Below are positions 1 to 11,600 of a stretch of 38,462 nucleotides of DNA, in pieces. This DNA is from Octopus bimaculoides (taxonomy: Eukaryota), in assembly GCF_001194135.2 (NCBI RefSeq), contig NC_068984.1, forward strand, positions 101,065,099 through 101,103,560. The letters run 5' to 3'. Position numbers and translations under genes: made by a program. Under the pieces are notes generated by a model. That model worked only from the letters and a program-made list of their open reading frames with translations. It was not told the origin of the DNA and ran no database searches. Every line of letters begins with the position of its first letter. Position 1 is the stretch's first letter.

Positions 1-410
1 GTGGTAGTGGTAGTGGTTGTAGTGTTTGTTGTGGTTGTGGTAGTGGTAGTGGTTGTAGTGTTTGTTGTGGTTGTGGTAGTAGTAGTGGTTGTAGTGTTTG
101 TTGTGGTTGTGGTAGTGGTAGTGGTTGTAGTGTTTTTTGTGGTAGTGGTAGTGGTAGTGGTTTTAGTGTTTGTTGTGGTAGTGGTAGTGGTAGTGGTTGT
201 AGTGTTTGTTGTGGTAGTGGTGTTGGTGATAGTGGTAGTGGTATTGGTGGTGGCGGTAGTTGTGTTAGTATTAGTTGTACTGTTGTTGGTAGTGGTGGTG
301 GTTATAATTACGGTGTTGGTTGTAGTGGTAATAGTTGTGGAGCTGGTGATGTTAATGACTGTGGCAGGGGTAACGGTGGTGTGTATATGGTGGAGGTTGT
401 GGTACTAATG
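1..410. repeat. GTN-trinucleotide low-complexity tract starting with a 36-bp minisatellite
   Basis: The unit gtggtagtggtagtggttgtagtgtttgttgtggtt recurs at 1-36, 37-72 and 73-108, then decays into mixed GTG/GTA/GTT. This explains the poly-Val ORF. Confidence 0.9.
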
Positions 411-511
411 CAATGTGACATCAGGGTATTGGACATCTATTTCTAGCATGATGAGTTACCACGTACAGGCCTCTCTTTCTCTGTTTGATTGGGATGCTAT
501 TGTTGTTGATA

Positions 512-615
512 GTGAATAATGGTGGTGGTGGTATTGGTGGTGGTGGTGGTGGTGGTGGCGGCGGAAGTGGTGGTGGTGGCGGTGGCTATGATGATGAAGA
601 TGGTGGTGGTGATGA
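512..615. repeat. (GGT)n / (GAT)n microsatellite
   Basis: Direct inspection. Confidence 0.9.
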
Positions 616-624
616 TAGTTGTAG

Positions 625-752
625 GTAAGGGACTACATTTTATTTAAGGAACATTCTTTAATATTTTACGATAACAAAGCATAATTTGAGGGCGATTCGG
701 GTGATATTTCTAGCAGGTCAAACTACCACGTAGAGACATACTCGCTGGCTCA
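625..752 (+). repeat. Copy of a dispersed repeat ending in the motif GAGGGAGATTTGGCTGCTATTTCTAGCAGGTCGAGCGACCACGTAGAG
   Basis: 688-750 matches the motif seen at 421-480 (+), 2262-2650 (+, tandem), 1559-1800 and 1975-2030 (-), and 11615-11680 (-). Class not determined. Confidence 0.65.
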
Positions 753-849
753 TCCACAGACGCCCCGTGTAGGGATAAGAACAATCGTCGCTATCACAAT
801 AAACAGTTATGTATAAGTTTTCATCAAACGTAGGTGTTGTACGCCCAAC

Positions 850-1105
850 GATGAAGAAGTTCACTTCTCAATCACGTGGCCCCGGTCCAATACCACAGAA
901 TGTCATTTTCTATGACTTTGAATTGGCCCGTAGCGTGTGAGAAAAATTATGTCGATAAAACCAAATTAAAGTCCGTCAGATGGATTGTACCTGTAATTCA
1001 AAGAGTACGTGTGGAATATTCGACCATTTCCCTCGTTAGTTCAGGACCAGATTATCCAGTTGATCGAATAAGTGAATCCTCGTCGTCGAATGACTGAGGT
1101 CCATC
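850..1105 (+). mobile_element. Decayed tRNA-derived SINE (head like family A, body and tail like family C)
   Basis: 855-960 aligns by eye with the heads at 20640 and 36370. 970-1100 (gtccgtc...tgtacctgtaattcaa...gttgatcgaat...cctcgtcgtcg) aligns with the reverse complement of 10700-10900 and 36846-37000. Confidence 0.65.
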
Positions 1106-1307
1106 CGCCACTGTTTCATACGACGCTTGGTCAAATAATTTCAAGAAATAGAAAATCTAAATACTACTGTCGCCTGTTGGATGACATTAAACATGAAAAG
1201 GATGGATTCTTGTATCCCCAATATTCACTAGAGAGAGACTGCAAATAGACTTCCAGTGAAATATTGTCAAATAATCATTCTTAAATCCTCTGTGGTTTTG
1301 ACGATGT

Positions 1308-1395
1308 GCGAACAGTTTTTTCGGCGAACATTTTTTTCGGCGAACATTTTTTTCGGCGAACATTTTTTTCGGCGAACAGTTTTTTCGGTGAACTG
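1308..1395. repeat. 16-bp tandem repeat GCGAACA(T/G)TTTTTTCG, about 5.5 copies
   Basis: Units start at 1308, 1324, 1340, 1356, 1372 and 1388 (partial). Confidence 0.95.
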
Positions 1396-1558
1396 TATGT
1401 CCGATTCATTAAATGAAAGTATAAGTGCCTGGATATTTCACAGACACATATACTGTTAAAGACACTTGTCCACAATTAGATCGAACCCTGGACTATAACT
1501 ACGAAGCAGCCTGCGCGACAAATTCAGCTATACCTGCATCCGCATAATCATTAGAGAA

Positions 1559-1678
1559 GCTACAAATAGCAGTCAAAGTTTCCTCAAAGCACATACTCTA
1601 CACTCTTGTACATATATAAGCCAATGAAAGAGCCACTTTGAGGTCACTCAACGAGCTAGAAATAACAACGAAATCTCT
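1559..1678 (-). repeat. Two-unit block of the dispersed motif, inverted relative to 2318-2424
   Basis: The reverse complement reads gagatttcgttgttatttctagctcgttgagtgacc...atatatgtacaaga...gctttgaggaaactttgactgctatttgtagc, colinear with 2318-2424. Confidence 0.85.
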
Positions 1679-2261
1679 CACATTATCAAATAGCTATTAG
1701 AGGTGTTACAAAGAAAGAAAACCCAATGGGACGTGAGCTGACACGGAAGCTCCAATATGGCAATTCGACTCGCAAGAAATAACAGCCAGATCTGTTGGAG
1801 ATTGCACATTCTTTCTTATATAAAGGTAGGATGCCTTAGAGTTCTAAGTACTGCGTACATCTAAAAGGAAGACAAATGATAACGTCAGGAATGCCTTTAA
1901 TCATAAGTCTGCTCAGTGAAGATTTACCGAGAGCTATACAACAACCCTATGTGACACGAGCAATGAGTAAGCCTGGACGTAAGCCTCCAGGAAATAGCAG
2001 CTAAATCTCTTTCAAATCTCACTTGCCCTAAAAAATCTAAGAACAAGTTAGGTAAACAATGATTGTTAAGACTGAACGGTCACGGTTAGAACATCTTTGC
2101 TCATAATCAGTAGAAAATGTGAAACGAAACTAAGTCACTGTTGTTGTTCAACCCCAGGTCAGCTTTCAAGTAGTAGACCTACTATCAAAAGAATACAGAC
2201 ACGGTGTATCTAGGCCTACATTATACGGTGACTCTTCCTTATTAACAATGTACAGTGTGAT

Positions 2262-2650
2262 GAGAGATTTGGCTGCTATAACTAGCTTATAAATACAGTG
2301 AGGTATGGAGTTTGTAAGAGATTTCGTTGTTATTTGTAGCCCATTGAGTGACCACAAAATGGCTCATATATGTACAAGATTATAGGATAAGCGCTTTGAG
2401 GAAAAGTTGACTGTTATTTTTAGTACACTGAGTGACGCAAAGAGGTTCATTCGGTGGCTTATACATATATGCATAAGTGTTAAGTGTGTTATTCAAGGAA
2501 ACTTAGCTGCTATTTCTAGCAGAATGAATAACTACGTAGAGACACCTTGCTTGTTTACATGTACAAACATTAGACTGTAAGATGTATGATATGTGGAGGA
2601 TTCGCCTGGTATTTCTAATAAGTCGAGTGACCCGATAAAAGCTTGTTCAT
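2262..2650 (+). repeat. Diverged tandem array (about 5 units, roughly 55-100 bp period) of the GCTGCTATTTCTAGC motif
   Basis: Motif cores near 2268, 2318, 2396, 2495 and 2595, several followed by atatatgtacaa-like spacers. Confidence 0.7.
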
Positions 2651-2895
2651 TGTCTTGTGGAACAAGTGAAACTATGGCATCGAAACAGGGTTCATAGTTT
2701 AGAAAAACATGGCGAATGTGTGATGAGAAAAAATAAAAAAGAAATTGGCTTCATTAAACTCTAATTGTAAACAGACAATACATCCATTGTTATTACTTTC
2801 TTCGATAAAAGCAATTTTAATCAATTTATTAGTGGGAGAGGTTATCCTGATCGAAATTTTTAAAAACTGCATAGAATTTGGCTACTTATAAATGC

Positions 2896-3011
2896 ATACA
2901 TACATACATACATACATACATACATACACGCACATACATACATTTACAAATACATGTACGTACACACATACATATGTACATATACATATACAAAGACACA
3001 CATGTATATAT

Positions 3012-3054
<43 letters not shown>
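2896..3054. repeat. (CATA)n / (TG)n compound microsatellite
   Basis: Direct inspection. Confidence 0.95.
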
Positions 3055-3056
<2 letters not shown>

Positions 3057-3299
3057 CTTTTATATACATGTAATTGTATAATTTACACGTTCCTTCATCT
3101 TCCTTTCCTTCCAATAGCTACTTTTCTCTTTCTAATTTTTTTTTCAGGAGTAGATATAATTAATGTTCCATGTTGTAAAATACAGGATAAATGTCAAAAT
3201 TAACTAACTATGTGTATCTTAACAGTATTGTTTGTATCCACACAGTTTTTACCAACGTCTCCTGATAAGTTTCAATATTTATAATTCATCAGTATAGCT

Positions 3300-4530
3300 T
3301 CATAGATAATTATATCTATGTCTGTAGTGAATATAAATCAAAGTTCTTCAAAGACGTGTATATTTAGCATAAGATATATATGTTTATAAGATAAAATGAA
3401 AAGAAAATAGTTCATCAGACTGGCTCGTTCAGTAATCTAAAAATTTGTTTCTTTCACACGGGATAAATTCTAATTGGTTACACGTTGTAAATGATCTGCT
3501 TGGTAAGACCGATGCATGACAGCATTGTCATTTTTTCCAGCTGTAGCGGCTTTTTACTACGATTCCGACAATTATACAATTGTCTTCTATTTGGTCTGCA
3601 TTGTTTCGAAGGATTGCATAGTTGTGCAATGAAATCATTCTTTATATAGAAGTGGTTTAGAAATAACCGGTTTTTATGTTGTTCCTTTTGAATAATTTTT
3701 GAAGTTTGTTATTTTGGAAGTGCTTGTTGATTAAGGAAACTAATTATTTTGCTGTCTGTGTTATAAGGCTGTGAATTGAACCAGATCGTATTTAACTCTC
3801 TGATCCAGAATTTTGTATGTTGCTTGTGGAGGGAAAGTTATATGGTGTTGCGTTTTTGAAATGGTTATGCGCGAATTCCTGGCTATGAAAGTTACTTCAA
3901 GAAGGGAGAGTCAGTTATTCATTTAATACCATTTGGAAGATAGCTGGAATTTGAATTTGTGTGTGGCGGGGAGGTCGGTTGTAAGATTTTATATGTGGTT
4001 TGTAGGAAATTACGTTTAGATTCCTCATTATATCCCAAAAGCTGGGAGACGTATTGCTTTCTATGATTATTTTAAGATCAAACTTTTTGAAGGCAGTTAT
4101 TTTTTTTCCCTCGTACGAAACCACAGAACTTTCTTTTCTGCACTCGTCCCTGCTTGTATTCGTTCCTATTTGCGATAGTTAGCTCAGTATAAATAGATTT
4201 TTGATTTTAAGCATTTCAGCCACGCCGTATCAACTTCTAAAATTTTTCAGTATTTTTAGACCCAGAATTCACTGTCCTGACATAAGAAAGAGTGTCTGGC
4301 GCGTGTTATGTTTCCAGCTAATCTGATGTTAGGAAAGTGTGTTTAGATGCAAATAGTATGGCATTATGGAGGTGGTTTTGGTGATAGGTGGGTAAAAACT
4401 TACGAATCAATTTATCACATCGGTAGTGTTTTGTTACATAACCGTTTGTACAGAACGTTACTCGAGGGTGAGGGGTGAATTTCTCCTCACCCAGTCTAAT
4501 TCGCATTTTGCGGGGTTAATTAGCATATAA
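3300..4530 (-). mobile_element. Decayed Penelope-like element 1 (RT core and thumb, linker, GIY-YIG remnant)
   Basis: Minus-strand frames give FLPTYHQNHLHNAILFASKHTFLTSD, KKITAFKKFDLKIIIESNT...SYKPHIK, IWFN...LINKHFQNNKLQKLFKRNNIKTGY and NCRNRS...CIGLT. The motif order matches the element at 32820-34878. Many stops and frameshifts. Confidence 0.8.
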
Positions 4531-4580
4531 ACAGAAGCTGTACAAGAACATATTTGTATTTGCGAAGAAAATGATTAATA

Positions 4581-4784
4581 CGAGGGGTTGCTGAAACGTT
4601 CCTGGCTTTAAGGGTATCGCGAAAGGCCTGTCCTTCCGAGATTTTTTACAGGGCTTAGAAAAACTGAATGACCGCTTCAATAGGTGCGTGAATTTGAGAG
4701 AAAATATGTTGAATAAAATCATAATTAACTTATCCCCCTGTCTTTTCTTTTACCAGAAGCCAGGAACTTTTAAGCAGCCCCTCG
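4581..4784 (+). mobile_element. Mariner-family MITE with ~30-bp TIRs
   Basis: TA-cgaggggttgctgaaacgttcctggcttt ... aagccaggaacttttaagcagcccctcg-TG. The interior keeps a transposase C-terminus-like stretch (FYxGLEKLNDRFNRCVNLRENMLNK). Confidence 0.85.
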
Positions 4785-6506
4785 TGCATATATGTTCTTA
4801 GAAGACATTATGGTATTTGTACACTACAACAATATAAAAAAACTTTTAAAATATATTACAGTGACATATACGACGATAAAAATATTGAATACACAAGGAA
4901 AATAATTGCAACAGAGATAAGACAATGCGACACTATAACAGTATATGTGCCGGGAAAATGCTTATTCTGCCGTTAGGTCAACTGTACGCAACAGTGGATA
5001 TTAGTGGCATTAGTGTTTGCACATGTTATTATTTATAACTATCATTGCTGTTGTTAGTAATGGTTAAGCTTCAGACGCCTTAGAAACAAAGCCACAATAA
5101 ATGTGTATACAAGATAGTGGAACAACAAACATCTCATTGGCAAAACAAGGCCTCTCGATATTACTTCGTAAAATGTGTGATTCAGCAATAAAATAAAGGT
5201 ATTAAAGCAAAACGAATAGCTCCCAGGTTGCTATCAAAGAGAAATAATGCAATGTGGCCAACAAAGTAAAAAATATATAAAATACAGAACGCAGAAGAAT
5301 GGGAGATTAGATAAGATAAATAACAATACAGAAAGAAAATATTAGGCGGGGTCCTTGTGAATAGTAATTAGATAAATAACCTATTAAAAGAATGGTGAAA
5401 TAAATTATTAAACAATTAAATGGATAAATAAATAATTGAATAAATAAATGGATATATTAAGTAAATGGACAGATTAAGTAAATAGATAGTTAATTGCATA
5501 ACAAAATAATTAAATAATTGGCTAATGATTAAGAATTAATTAATTAAAATAGAAGATAAGATAGATAGTAAATCAATGTAACGTGATATGACAAGGATAA
5601 ATGATAGGGATACACGATGGCGACATAAAGTTGATGTGGAGGTAATATAGGAGGATTGAGAGAACGAAGTGGAGAAGGATGAAGTTGCATTTTGGTATTT
5701 ATTGTAAAGGCACTAAAAGAGAACGACTCTCCCCAGACACAACAAAATATGCTTCAACACACGAACTCACATAAAGAATCTTGCTAACCAAATCCAAAAA
5801 CGAAGTACTAATACAGAAAGTTACTTGGTACCTGTAATCATATATTAATTTTTCACTGTTGAGGTCACCGGTATTTGTAATATATGTGATGTGTAATCAC
5901 AAAAATATGAGATTACTGAAGGTAACTGGTCATGAAAACTGACTCGTCACTATTTATATTCATTGGTTCGATCGAACCCTGCCATACAGACTTAGAAATT
6001 TGGGTATTATGTGCCAGCTCATAGAAATGCGCAAGAGTACTTGAATGTCTGAGCCGATCCCCGACTGTTGATCGAGTCTCCGGCTGAGCAAAGTTTAAGG
6101 TTAAATTTCAGTTGAAATATCATATAAGTGTCCTTTGGATTCAAATATAGGTTTGAGGACAAAGATATGGAATTAAAAGTCAAATAGCTTAATCATTGCA
6201 AATATCCTCACCTTTGCAGCTTGGCTCAGTTACAAACTAGGCGTCAGTACACAAATACAAAATAATTCTATTTAATAAAAGAATGCTGCCGCTCCACCGG
6301 AGATCATCCCTCGTTTTATGATATAAATTTTTTGTTTTAAAATTATCCACATTAAAACCTTCCAGCAAAATTTCATGTTGAATTGTAGTGCAAATGCTGC
6401 AGTGACAAATATTTTACTAAATTCTTTATTATTTTCAAAGTTAACCGAAGCAAAAGCAGCGTATTTTAATAGAAACATGACAACTAAAGTGTTAAGAGCA
6501 TATATA

Positions 6507-7150
6507 CAGGGTATTCGAACTAAATTTGACAGTTAACATAAAAAGGAAAAGAAAACACAATATCCCATCCAAAATTATGTTATTATATAAAGTTAAAAAA
6601 TATCAATCATATTATGGCTGGGAGATAACACTTTAGTCAAAGTAGCTGCCCTCAGATTCCACCACGGCTCCGGAACCTGACGCATAGGCTCCTCAATGTA
6701 TTGCTGGGAAGATCTCTGAACACCTCCTTCATCTTGACCACCAGCTTGGTGTCTTTCTCAACCTTCATCTCCTCACATAGTCATCCATGGGATTATAATC
6801 GCGTGATAGGTTAGAAATCGGAGCTGGTGAAGTCCTTGAAATTCACAGACAACCGCTTCTGACATTTTCCGGATGTATGACAAGGAGTCGAATCTTGCTG
6901 CCACAGATATATATGGCTTTCAGCAGCAATCCTCTTCAACCAGGGTTTGACCACAGTCTCCAGTAGCTTCAAATAGTCATCTGAATTGAGCTTAAGGCCC
7001 AGTTCAAAGATGTGGGAATGAACTCCAGAGTGCGGACGCAAGAACACATTTTGTGTCCCTTCCTGTTGGCTACGGTTTCGTAGTTGTTCATGTCACGTCT
7101 TACAGCCTTTGCAGTGTTCACAGAGCATTGGACAGCAGTCATATTGTCGG
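6507..7150 (-). mobile_element. Internally deleted Tc1/mariner transposon, DD37D (maT-like)
   Basis: ORF 6811-7047 contains GLKLNSDDYLKLLETVVKPW...WQQDSTPCH. A frameshifted DYNPMDDYV follows, giving about 37 residues between the 2nd and 3rd Asp if repaired. The end begins TA-CAGGGT at 6505-6512. Confidence 0.8.
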
Positions 7151-7584
7151 TATTTTGATACTTCGTCCTGAATCATCGTGATACAGGTAAATCTTTTCTA
7201 GTATTTAGATGGGCCCCTAGTCGTCCATATCAGGTAACCTTTTCTCAATTACAACTTTAAAATCATTATGATCTCAAACGCCATTGACTGTTCACCAATT
7301 CACCGAGCAGTTCTTGAAGAAAGGAGACATATGAATCTTCANNNNNNNNNNNNNNNNNNNNNNNNNNNNNNNNNNNNNNNNNNNNNNNNNNNNNNNNNNN
7401 NNNNNNNNNNNNNNNNNNNNNNNNNNNNNNNNNNNNNNNNNNNNNNNNNNNNNNNNNNNNNNNNNNNNNNNNNNNNNNNNNNNNNNNNNNNNNNNNNNNN
7501 NNNNNNNNNNNNNNNNNNNNNNNNNNNNNNNNNNNNNNNNNNNNNNNNNNNNNNNNNNNNNNNNNNNNNNNNNNNNNNNNNNNN

Positions 7585-7653
<69 letters not shown>
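7585..7653. repeat. (GT)n microsatellite
   Basis: Direct inspection; borders an N gap. Confidence 0.95.
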
Positions 7654-7654
<1 letters not shown>

Positions 7655-7942
7655 CTTTTGTTTCATAGATTATTTGTGACTTGAATATTTTTTCGAAATT
7701 CTACACTATAGTATACAATATATTATAAATCAATAACAATCCTTCATTAAACACTTATTTGGGTCTATAACACAAAGCTTTCTTGTAAATATGTAGCTAT
7801 TTTTTAGTAAACATTGAATTCATTTTTCATAAGAGATTAATTTTTAAAAATACCTTTCTTTTTGCGAAACATACGACTACGTTAAATCAGCAAGAGATAT
7901 ACAGATTGTACAGTTTTTAACTAAATCTATGAATAGTGCACA

Positions 7943-8085
7943 GGCGGCGTGCTATTAGAGTCGTTAGAGCGTCGGATAAAATATTTTCTGCTACTTGTTC
8001 TGGTCTCCGACTTAAAATCATACTGAGGTCAGATTCACAATTCACCCTTTTGGCATCGATAAATACCAGTGCTGGAGCCGAACCT
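7943..8085 (+). mobile_element. Strongly decayed SINE family B copy
   Basis: gcggcgtgct...gtcgttagagcgtcgg...gaggtc...tcacccttttggcatcgataaataccagtg parallels 19022-19160. Confidence 0.5.
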
Positions 8086-8419
8086 TCTTTTCTAGTCTTA
8101 TTCTCTCTATCTCATATTCTCTGATTTCTTAGAAAGACATCGATTGCACTCAGACTAGTGTTAGGAGGAAATGCTTTCCTGCAAGAAATTATTAGTAACC
8201 AGTATAGTTGGTTTGTAATTGTGACTCCATCAACAAAGGTGGGCCTAATGAAGGATGTACAAAGTTTATAAACTGCACCCATTTTAACTAAATTTGTATA
8301 TATCTTTGTGAGAGGGAGAAGGGAAACTGTCATGATAACATTTTTGCGGTAGCGAAAATAGAAGGAATTTCGACACATGGGTTATCCTAAAATCTGAATC
8401 CTGGTTTTAACGCTTGCAA

Positions 8420-8643
8420 TTAAGTGGACACTGCAAAGGGTTGTATTAAACCAGACCACGAATGGTGAGCATAACTAAAGGAGCGGGAAAGGACACAGCA
8501 GGTGTTCTTGCATCTGCACGCCGGAGTTCAATCCCCACATCTTTGAACAGGGATTTAAGCTCAATTCAGGTGGCTATTTGAAGCTCCTGTACACTGTGGT
8601 CAAACCCTGGCTGGAGAGGGTTGGTGCTGGAAGGCCATATATG
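8420..8643 (+). mobile_element. Second fragment of the same deleted maT-like transposon
   Basis: Translates to PHIFEQGFKLNSGGYLKLLYTVVKPWLERVGAGRPY and matches the reverse complement of about 6910-7125. Confidence 0.8.
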
Positions 8644-8721
8644 TGTGTGTATATATAATATATATACAACGTCCATTACAATTTCTATCTACTTAAAGCT
8701 TGAATCGATCTCAGCTTTGTA

Positions 8722-8792
8722 TGTAGAAGATACTTCGCGAAGACGCTGCGCAGTGGAACCGAACCTGAAACCATGTGATGCGAACTTTCTAA
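8722..8792 (-). mobile_element. SINE family A head fragment
   Basis: The reverse complement contains catggtttcaggttcggttccactgcgcagc, matching catggttctggggttcagtcccactgcgtgg at 20662. Confidence 0.55.
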
Positions 8793-9144
8793 TTATGTGA
8801 TATAGTACTTATACAAGACATAACACAGCTAATAGGTCCTGCGTAAAATATTTCGTGCCTGTACCAAATATATTCAAGCGATAGAATGCCTAGAAATTAG
8901 TATCTTTTGCCTGAAGAAAACCAGAAGAATTTGTAGATCAGCAATAGTCTAACATAGTTAATTATCGAGGGACCTTGGGAATAAGAAAGGTTTCTTGAAT
9001 ATAAAAACAATAAGAAATTTAGATTAGACTTCAATAAAGTGAATAGAATAACTCACAAATTGTCATGAATGTCAACGGAAAGTATTTCGTCGTACATAAC
9101 GGAAAACGGAGAAAAATGTCAATATCTAGACAGGTACATGATGA

Positions 9145-9217
<73 letters not shown>

Positions 9218-9981
9218 TCTGTGAGATTGCGTGTGTGTGAGTATACGTTTGTGTGCGTGTACACATACAAACATACGTACATGTAGATAACATATATGTA
9301 CACAATTATATAGAATGCTTATTATATATTACATATATTGCATAAACGTATATTATATAACACACAGACACACACACTTATACATGGATATGTATATATA
9401 TACATACATATATACACACACACATACATACATATAAATGTGTGCGTGTGCGTATGCTACACACACATNNNNNNNNNNNNNNNNNNNNNNNNNNNNNNNN
9501 NNNNNNNNNNNNNNNNNNNNNNNNNNNNNNNNNNNNNNNNNNNNNNNNNNNNNNNNNNNNNNNNNNNNNNNNNNNNNNNNNNNNNNNNNNNNNNNNNNNN
9601 NNNNNNNNNNNNNNNNNNNNNNNNNNNNNNNNNNNNNNNNNNNNNNNNNNNNNNNNNNNNNNNNNNNNNNNNNNNNNNNNNNNNNNNNNNNNNNNNNNNN
9701 NNNNNNNNNNNNNNNNNNNNNNNNNNNNNNNNNNNNNNNNNNNNNNNNNNNNNNNNNNNNNNNNNNNNNNNNNNNNNNNNNNNNNNNNNNNNNNNNNNNN
9801 NNNNNNNNNNNNNNNNNNNNNNNNNNNNNNNNNNNNNNNNNNNNNNNNNNNNNNNNNNNNNNNNNNNNNNNNNNNNNNNNNNNNNNNNNNNNNNNNNNNN
9901 NNNNNNNNNNNNNNNNNNNNNNNNNNNNNNNNNNNNNNNNNNNNNNNNNNNNNNNNNNNNNNNNNNNNNNNNNNNNNNNNN

Positions 9982-10140
9982 GCAAGTGAAGGTGGCATGA
10001 CGCAGTTAAATGTTGGTATTCAAATAGTTCATGGTAAATAGTTTATTGTGTATTCGTTTTTTCTCTGCTGTGCAAAGATAACATCTTTGGCTTCCATTCT
10101 TGAAGGGTTTAGATCTTTCGATAATTTTCCATTCAATAAC
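9982..10140 (-). mobile_element. Penelope-like element 3, GIY-YIG C-terminal fragment
   Basis: IEWKIIERSKPFKNGSQRCYLCTAEKKRI...YLN is homologous to IKWKLICTTKPYRS in element 2. Bounded by an N gap and a (CA)n tract. Confidence 0.75.
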
Positions 10141-10144
10141 TCTA

Positions 10145-10159
10145 TGTATACGTATATGC

Positions 10160-10195
<36 letters not shown>

Positions 10196-10368
10196 ATGTT
10201 TTTATGCATATATATATATACATGTATGTATGTAAGTATGTATAAATGTAAGCATGCATATATAAATAATTATAATTCTTATATATGCATGTGTATGTAC
10301 GTATGTGCTCATATATATGTATGTGTACATCTATATTTATATATGTGTGTATGTATGTATGTATGTGG

Positions 10369-10415
<47 letters not shown>

Positions 10416-10699
10416 TTCATATATATACATACACACATACACACATACACGCAAACACACCTGTATATATATATATATACATACATGCACATATATATAT
10501 ATATGTATATATACACATACACAAACACACGTGTATATATATGTGTGTATGTGTACGTATGTTTGTATGTATATATATAAAGAGAGGTAGACAGACACAC
10601 AGACAGAGAAAGAGAGAAGGATATATAGATAGTTAAATATATTAGATATGTGTGTGTGTTTGTGTGTGTGCGCCAGTGCGAATGCGTGTGTTGTGCGCG

Positions 10700-10700
<1 letters not shown>
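10145..10700. repeat. Compound (TG)/(TA)/(CA) microsatellite region
   Basis: Direct inspection. Confidence 0.95.
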
Positions 10701-11016
<316 letters not shown>

Positions 11017-11215
11017 CATGCATATACATATACATAAATACATGAGATGTGGATTATATTGTTTTACTGTTATTTGCTTGATTGCCAAATTTTTTAATTT
11101 TATTTTATTTCTTCATTTTTTTTTCTCTTTTGATGTGTGCCAGGATCATTACACGCTAATGTTAGCGGTGTTGTTGAAGCTGTCGATGTTGCTGTTGTTA
11201 TTTGTTTTGATGCTC

Positions 11216-11238
11216 TTCTTCTTCTTCTTCTTCTTCTT

Positions 11239-11330
<92 letters not shown>
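11216..11330. repeat. Perfect compound (CTT)n(ATT)n microsatellite
   Basis: Direct inspection; explains the poly-F/L/I/N/K ORFs. Confidence 0.98.
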
Positions 11331-11332
<2 letters not shown>

Positions 11333-11379
11333 TCCTTAGGTTCTAAATTATTCTGTCGCATTAGAATAACTCTCATTCC

Positions 11380-11452
11380 AACCACCACCACCACCACCAT
11401 CAATATTACCACCACAACTATCGTCACCACCGACGCCGTGATCAACGCCACC

Positions 11453-11484
<32 letters not shown>

Positions 11485-11600
11485 CAGCAACAACACCATT
11501 GTCACCATGATTAACCTCCCTACACCTACCATCACAACATTCCAGTTACCACCGTTAGCACTACGAGCCCCAACAACCATACATGCCACCACTACCACCT
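11380..11600. repeat. (ACC)/(AAC) low-complexity tract
   Basis: Direct inspection. Confidence 0.85.

Noticed and set aside
1-408. 135-aa poly-Val ORF, and the many HT/CV/YI/poly-X ORFs elsewhere
   Set aside because: These are translations of microsatellites and N gaps.
845-885. Hammerhead-like ACGATGA-AGAAG-TTCA-CTTCT stem
   Set aside because: There is no GAAA, and the stretch aligns with the SINE tRNA-like head.
2108-2140. CAGT...GAAAC-TAA-GTC-ACTG with hammerhead-like geometry
   Set aside because: The 7-nt core is AGAAAAT instead of CTGATGA; likely chance.
6272-6478. ORF containing YIIKRG, reminiscent of a cNMP-binding domain
   Set aside because: The similarity is limited to six residues, a stop follows shortly, and there are no clear splice sites.
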